Shown here piece by piece: positions 15,538 through 20,000 of a stretch of 20,000 bases of DNA; position 1 is the stretch's first letter; every line of letters starts with the position of its first letter. The stretch is from the IMG/VR virus record IMGVR_UViG_3300017931_000006. One strand, 5' to 3'. The translations under genes and the position numbers were made by a program. The notes below the pieces were generated by a model. That model was not told where the DNA came from, did not search any database, and worked only from the letters and a program-made list of their open reading frames with translations. Source of the stretch: an uncultured virus (IMG/VR IMGVR_UViG_3300017931_000006) (lineage: Duplodnaviria; Heunggongvirae; Uroviricota; Caudoviricetes; Crassvirales).

Positions 15538-17212
15538 AATTGAAAAATTAACACCAAAACAAAAAGCTAAAATACCAATTTATCTAAAAAGATATTTTGA
15601 TAAGGTGTACCATGCGCAACCAATTAATAAAAAATTGTGCGAAGATTCAATTTGTTATATCTACGAGAAATTTGGATATAAAAAGCCATTTATCTGGTAT
15701 GTTGAAAGTCCATTAATGGCGCAAATAATAGTCAACATATTGACAGATAAAGATAAACTGGACAATCTCGTGGATAATCTCAGGGACAATCTCGTGGTTA
15801 ATCTCGGGGATAATCTCAGGGCTAATCTCGGGGATAATCTCGTGGCTAATCTCTGGGCTAATCTCGGGGCTAATCTCGGGGATAATCTCAGGGATAATCT
15901 CGGGGATAATCTCGTGGCTAATCTCTGGGCTAATCTCAGGGACAATCTCGTGGATAATCTCAGGGACAATCTCGTGGTTAATCTCGGGGATAATCTCAGG
16001 GCTAATCTCGGGGCTAATCTCTGGGCTAATCTCTGGGCTAATCTCGGGGCTAATCTCGGGGCTAATCTCAGGGATAATCTCGGGGATAATCTCGTGGCTA
16101 ATCTCAGGGATAATCTCAGGGATAATCTCGTGGCTAATCTCTGGGCTAATCTCAGGGACAATCTCGTGGATAATCTCAGGGACAATCTCGTGGTTAATCT
16201 CGGGGATAATCTCTGGGCTAATCTCGGGGCTAATCTCAGGGCTAATCTCAGGGCTAATCTCGGGGCTAATCTCGGGGCTAATCTCAGGGATAATCTCGGG
16301 GATAATCTCGTGGCTAATCTCTGGGCTAATCTCAGGGATAATCTCGGGGATAATCTCGTGGCTAATCTCTGGGCTAATCTCAGGGATAATCTCGGGGATA
16401 ATCTCGGGGCTAATCTTGGGGCTAATCTCTGGGCTAATCTCTGGGCTAATCTCGGGGCTAATCTCAGGGCTAATCTCAGGGCTAATCTCGGGGCTAATCT
16501 CGTGGCTAATCTCGGGAAATTAAACTATATTACAACTTCGTATTATGGTAATATTTCCGATTTTGGATGGACGTGTTTTTATGATTTTATTAATACAGAA
16601 CTTATCCCTTCTTATGAATTAGAATTATGGACGAAATGGAAGCAATTAATAGATTCAAATGTTTATGATACAATTCAAATGGATGGTTTGTGTGTAGTAA
16701 TGTCTATGCCAAAAATTGTGCATATAAATGAAAACAAAAGACTTCATTGTGAAAATGGGCCATGTGTTGAATGGAAAGATGGCTATAAAGGTTATGCTTG
16801 GAATGGGATTATTGTTCCTGACTTCTGGATAACGAATAAGGAAAAACTGACCAAAGAAATTATCATCAATGAAAAAAACGCAGAAAAACGTAGATGTATT
16901 CAGGAAATACTTGGTGGGGAATTTATAAAAAAACTTGATGTAGAATTAATTGATTCTGACAAAGAAGATGAATTACCCATAGAACTTTACAGAACCAAAC
17001 AGCCGGATGATATTATTAATGAGCATATTTATTATCTTAAAGTTGTTTGTCCTTCTACTAATCGGGAGTACTTCTTGTGTGTTCCTGAATCAAAAAATGT
17101 CTGGGAGGCAAAAGCATGGACTTTTCAAAATCAAAAAATTGAAATTAGGCATGGTGATGTAGGATTATTAAATCTATCACAAAAATTTGACAAACCTATT
17201 TTTCAGTCATAA
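15524..17212 (+). CDS. DUF6745-like protein with a long tetrapeptide repeat insert
   Basis: N-terminal IEKLTP.Q...P..IW.VESP; C-terminal RLHCENGPCVEWKDG...YAWNG, I..EKNAEKRR, VVCPSTNREY.L.VP......EA.AWTF. Confidence 0.85.
   Translation: MLPTKIEKLTPKQKAKIPIYLKRYFDKVYHAQPINKKLCEDSICYIYEKFGYKKPFIWYVESPLMAQIIVNILTDKDKLDNLVDNLRDNLVVNLGDNLRANLGDNLVANLWANLGANLGDNLRDNLGDNLVANLWANLRDNLVDNLRDNLVVNLGDNLRANLGANLWANLWANLGANLGANLRDNLGDNLVANLRDNLRDNLVANLWANLRDNLVDNLRDNLVVNLGDNLWANLGANLRANLRANLGANLGANLRDNLGDNLVANLWANLRDNLGDNLVANLWANLRDNLGDNLGANLGANLWANLWANLGANLRANLRANLGANLVANLGKLNYITTSYYGNISDFGWTCFYDFINTELIPSYELELWTKWKQLIDSNVYDTIQMDGLCVVMSMPKIVHINENKRLHCENGPCVEWKDGYKGYAWNGIIVPDFWITNKEKLTKEIIINEKNAEKRRCIQEILGGEFIKKLDVELIDSDKEDELPIELYRTKQPDDIINEHIYYLKVVCPSTNREYFLCVPESKNVWEAKAWTFQNQKIEIRHGDVGLLNLSQKFDKPIFQS
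15761..16516 (+). repeat. 12-bp coding tandem repeat x63 encoding [DAV]NL[RGWV]
   Basis: 756 bp; unit G(A/C/T)Y AAT CTC (AGG/GGG/TGG/GTG); higher-order blocks restart at 15761, 15941 and 16157. Confidence 0.95.
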
Positions 17213-17248
17213 ATGTAAGTTAGTATTTATTAATCAACGAAGGGAACA

Positions 17249-17332
17249 ATGGAAAAGACACCGCAACAAATTTTTAAGAGCATCCAAAAGATTATGGATG
17301 AATTTGACAACCATTTAAAACAGAAGGTATGA
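17249..17332 (+). CDS. Small peptide (27 aa), not in ORF track
   Basis: MEKTPQQIFKSIQKIMDEFDNHLKQKV*; amphipathic helix; ATGA overlap with 17329. Confidence 0.5.
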   Translation: MEKTPQQIFKSIQKIMDEFDNHLKQKV

Positions 17333-17565
17333 GAAATTTCTTTTTAGCCATAGCATTCTTCATGACTGCTCAGTTTGGAAATTATTATTATAAAGATCAT
17401 TTCCTTCAGCCGGCAACAGATAGTGTTTTGTTGAATGAACAATTCAAACAATCGAGGATGCTTTCAAAAGAAAGGAGATCCCTGATCCTAAATGGAGCGA
17501 TAAAGCGTATGAGTTCCTCTTGTGGTACATTAAATACCACGACTGGAGAACACCATTTATGGTAG
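17329..17565 (+). CDS. Hypothetical protein with hydrophobic N-terminus (3' half doubtful)
   Basis: MRNFFLAIAFFMTA start is coupled to the upstream stop; the 3' half overlaps a more convincing frame. Confidence 0.4.
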   Translation: MRNFFLAIAFFMTAQFGNYYYKDHFLQPATDSVLLNEQFKQSRMLSKERRSLILNGAIKRMSSSCGTLNTTTGEHHLW

Positions 17566-17738
17566 AGGATGTTAGAAAGTCAGCCATAGGAACCGTAGAA
17601 GAACCTCCTAGCTTGAGGGCTTGGGGGAGTATTATTGTAAAAGCTAGCAAGAATGGGTTTATTAAACGAGTAGGTTACAAACAGGTCAATAACCCATTGG
17701 CACACAAAACACCAGCCTCACTCTGGGCTATCGTTTAG
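17439..17738 (+). CDS. Conserved phage winged-helix-like protein (F..EDVR...PP..RAWG...G.I...G...AH.....W); 5' end appears disrupted
   Basis: The frame is open from 17439 (TIQTIEDAFKRKEIPDPKWSDKAYEFLLWYIK...), upstream of the TTG 17520 call, with no in-frame ATG there. Confidence 0.6.
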   Translation, partial: TIQTIEDAFKRKEIPDPKWSDKAYEFLLWYIKYHDWRTPFMVEDVRKSAIGTVEEPPSLRAWGSIIVKASKNGFIKRVGYKQVNNPLAHKTPASLWAIV

Positions 17739-19002
17739 GGAATAACTTCACTCCATACTCTTCTAATTTATCCATATATTCGAAGGCTGTATCTATCGAT
17801 TTAACATGGATCTCTAGACAGTACCCCTTCACCTGTTCGGCTATCGCTTTTAACTGATCAACAGCTCCCTCCAGTGTATCATCCTCAGCTCTTATAGCCC
17901 CTATTTCCGGGACCTCACATACCTGTGGCACCACATAGGTCTTCCCTTCAATCATGCAGCAATTCCTGAGCGTCACATTCTCTTTTATGCTGTCCGGGAA
18001 GTATATTGCCTGCCAGTTCTTAGGAGCCCATGCAGAGTGAATTAGAGCCTCTACCCCCCATTTCTTTGTGGTAATTGGCTCTACTATATTGCCATGGGCG
18101 CCTTCCCAGATTATATCAGCAAGGTTCTTGTACATTAAAAAGAAAAGCTCGCTAGGAGGTGAACCCGGGCGGGCGCAGAAATCGAGCATGTAAGATTTAT
18201 GATCCTTACCGACCCTGAATTCTGTTCCAAAGAATCCGCGATACCCGTAACTCTTAAAAGTGTCGGCCATTTTATCGTTGAATACGGTGATCTCCGGGGG
18301 AAGTGTTTTGTCTTCCCCAATAATCCCTATGTATCCAAGGTCTTTTACTTCGACCCCACACAGGTATCTCTTAGGGTATTTACCGTCCACAGTCCAGAAG
18401 TCAGAGGCTATCTCTACCTTGTCATCTAGAGCATCATCCACAACCCATGTATAAATATACTTCTTGGCCCCAAGTTTCCACTCCAACTCATCCAACATCG
18501 GCTCTGAAAGTTTGTAGTTCTCGGAGTGCCACGTCTCTCCATCCCCCCGGTAGAGATCCAATTTAACCCATACATTTTCATGTTCCTTTAGGTATTTCCT
18601 GAGATTATCTAGGCCAGTAATCTTCTCGTATCCACCAACAGGCATACCCAACTTTTTCATGTGTTCCTTAAAAGCAGCGCGATCAGTCTCCATCTCTTCA
18701 CCACGACGAGCTCCAAAAACAGGCTTACCAAGAGACTCTAGAAAAATCTCGAGATCCCACATCCCCATAACCTCTGAGGAGTAGAAGATATCAGTTTCAT
18801 CGATAACATCAAAAAGGTTATTAACCCGGTTGATCTCAGGAAATCCATAACCCGGCAGTGTAAAATTGGATTTTGGGAATGGTCCATTCCAAGGGGTCCA
18901 GTAATTAACTTTACCAAAATCCTTAGCCAGCGTGAGTGCGTGGTTCACAAAGATCCCGCCATCTATAACGGTAATACACTTGGTCCCATATTTCTTAGTC
19001 AT
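17728..19002 (-). CDS. ATP-grasp ligase, distantly PurD (GAR synthetase)-like
   Basis: PVFGA....EMETDRAFK-type segment, VWVK, E/D-rich ATP-grasp strands, YRGFFGTEF and YMLDFCARPGSPP (compare PurD lEfNaRfGdPe). Confidence 0.8.
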   Translation of the reverse strand: MTKKYGTKCITVIDGGIFVNHALTLAKDFGKVNYWTPWNGPFPKSNFTLPGYGFPEINRVNNLFDVIDETDIFYSSEVMGMWDLEIFLESLGKPVFGARRGEEMETDRAAFKEHMKKLGMPVGGYEKITGLDNLRKYLKEHENVWVKLDLYRGDGETWHSENYKLSEPMLDELEWKLGAKKYIYTWVVDDALDDKVEIASDFWTVDGKYPKRYLCGVEVKDLGYIGIIGEDKTLPPEITVFNDKMADTFKSYGYRGFFGTEFRVGKDHKSYMLDFCARPGSPPSELFFLMYKNLADIIWEGAHGNIVEPITTKKWGVEALIHSAWAPKNWQAIYFPDSIKENVTLRNCCMIEGKTYVVPQVCEVPEIGAIRAEDDTLEGAVDQLKAIAEQVKGYCLEIHVKSIDTAFEYMDKLEEYGVKLFPKR

Positions 19003-19378
19003 GCCCCGGTAGTTTTAAATAGTTTAACATCAGTCTCGTTACGAGTGTAGAAAATTGATGAGCCATCAAATATGGAGCTCTTGGATCATCCCCGGGCTCT
19101 GCATCTTTTGGGTGCAGGCCTTCGTCACATTCTTTTTCAAACATCTGGTCAAAGGCTAGTATATCTTCCTCAAGAATGCCTTCGTGATCCGTCAAAATAA
19201 ACTCAATCAATTCATGTAAGGCCACCAATCGGTCATCAAGGATATTTCCGCTCTCTGTCGCAGTTATTATAACCTTTTGGCCTTTACTTCCTTTCTCATA
19301 ATAATAATCCCCTTGATACATCGAGGGGAAGCGTGTCTCTTCCGCTGGGATGATTTTAATATTAATCTCACTCATCAT
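18995..19378 (-). CDS. Hypothetical metal-binding protein (GDY...LVALHELIE...EPGDDPRAPY..H)
   Basis: 127 aa; HExxE motif plus a distal His; translationally coupled to both neighbours. Confidence 0.8.
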   Translation of the reverse strand: MMSEINIKIIPAEETRFPSMYQGDYYYEKGSKGQKVIITATESGNILDDRLVALHELIEFILTDHEGILEEDILAFDQMFEKECDEGLHPKDAEPGDDPRAPYLMAHQFSTLVTRLMLNYLKLPGHD

Positions 19379-19743
19379 GTCCTGTTTATTAATCTGAATG
19401 TGACTTTACTTGTTTTAAAATAACACCTGACTAGCTCTTCTACAGCAAACCTGTCAAAGAACTTACAGGAGAAGATGTTCATGTACATTGAATGCGTGAT
19501 GTCCAATGTGTGAATAGTGATGTTGCTGGTCTTGATGAACTGAATACAACTCAATCCCTGTAAATGAGGGATGGGAGTGTCCTCCATCCAGAAAAAGGGA
19601 GGTTTTGCGCGTTCAACATCCAGTGTCGTAATTAGAAGATCTAAAAACGCCCTGATTTTTTTTCTTGTCATTAAGGATGGATCACAGTCGTGGGCGTCTA
19701 CGATCAATTCCATACCGTAATGGGTGCTGTCGCTTCCGATCAT
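19375..19743 (-). CDS. speD: S-adenosylmethionine decarboxylase-like pyruvoyl proenzyme
   Basis: YGMELIVDAHDCD, GLSCIQFIKT-SNITIHT (compare GvSg...laESHisiHT) and YMNIFSC (compare .DvFtCG); substrate not certain. Confidence 0.8.
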   Translation of the reverse strand: MIGSDSTHYGMELIVDAHDCDPSLMTRKKIRAFLDLLITTLDVERAKPPFFWMEDTPIPHLQGLSCIQFIKTSNITIHTLDITHSMYMNIFSCKFFDRFAVEELVRCYFKTSKVTFRLINRT

Positions 19744-19747
19744 TTTT

Positions 19748-20000
19748 CTACGGGTTTTTGATTGAGAATTTATTATATGAACTACGTTCTCTTATCGAAG
19801 GAGGTTCACCAGATCCTCCTCCTTTCTCCACGGTATCTACTACAGGTAATTTTGGTTTGTCATAATATTCAAGGCCTTCTTTTTGAACTCGATTGAACAA
19901 CATCTGTTCCAAAGAGTCCCTGACGGCTTGTTTTTTCTCAGCAGCCTCTTTCTTAGCCTCCAATTCTTCTTCTGGCAGTCCATACATCTTTACTTCTTCA
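19748..20000 (-). CDS. C-terminal end of a larger protein (truncated by window end)
   Basis: The frame stays open upstream of ATG 19987 to the window edge (EEVK-MYGLPEEELEAKK...); charged low-complexity tail; 4 nt before the speD-like start. Confidence 0.6.
   Translation of the reverse strand, partial: EEVKMYGLPEEELEAKKEAAEKKQAVRDSLEQMLFNRVQKEGLEYYDKPKLPVVDTVEKGGGSGEPPSIRERSSYNKFSIKNP

Larger units (their letters stand above)
1..20000. mobile_element. Bacteriophage/prophage segment (early recombination-replication region and end of a convergent operon), probable Bacteroidota host
   Basis: Dense co-oriented short ORFs with ATGA overlaps; RecT, NinG, replication initiator, ASCH, pentapeptide and DUF6745-like genes; no housekeeping operons; TAnnTTTG promoters. 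No integrase or att site in the window, so free phage and prophage cannot be distinguished. Confidence 0.93.

Noticed and set aside
14368..16185. Antisense ORFs 14368-14760 and 15661-16185
   Set aside because: Shadows of stop-free tandem repeats on the opposite strand.
15761..16516. CRISPR array or non-coding satellite
   Set aside because: Contiguous 12-bp units with no unique spacers, in frame within a protein that has folded flanking domains; no cas genes.
14387..16516. Diversity-generating retroelement (TR/VR pair)
   Set aside because: Several variable sites are adenines, but the AAT codon of the 12-mer is invariant and non-A positions also vary; no reverse transcriptase or separate template repeat in the window.
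17728..19002. Bona fide purD or purZ gene
   Set aside because: Lacks the PurD N-terminal GxGGREHA motif and any pur operon context; not an adenylosuccinate synthetase fold.
1..20000. Stop-codon reassignment (as in some crAss-like phages)
   Set aside because: Genes are intact and densely packed under the standard code, and TAA, TGA and TAG all occur as real stops.

Overview
The window is part of a tailed-phage or prophage genome, most likely from a Bacteroidota host. Support for that host: two TAnnTTTG promoters, AT-rich start regions without Shine-Dalgarno sites, and lipoprotein signal peptides. Bases 1-17738 are a tightly packed + strand early/middle region. It starts with small accessory genes, a beta-clamp-like protein and a small HTH regulator. 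Next is a recombination block: Spo11/TopoVI-A-like Toprim protein, Rad50/SbcC-like ATPase, RecT, MBL-fold hydrolase and ASCH. A replication block follows: an initiator with internal 11-bp-phased iterons and a structured leader, a loader-like protein, DUF1367-like, DnaA-domain-IV-like and NinG. An AT-rich accessory stretch carries a UDG-like protein, a pentapeptide-repeat protein and a DUF6745-like protein with 63 tetrapeptide repeats plus its His-rich partner. Bases 17728-20000 are the end of a convergent - strand operon: AdoMetDC-like decarboxylase, HExxE protein and PurD-like ATP-grasp ligase. The best candidates for undescribed biology are the decarboxylase/ATP-grasp cassette, the Spo11-like gene coupled to the recombination module, the two-state RNA leader of the initiator, the DUF6745-like pair, and a strong CCWGG-depleted/CCSGG-enriched word bias. 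All family assignments come from motifs recognised by eye; no database searches were run.
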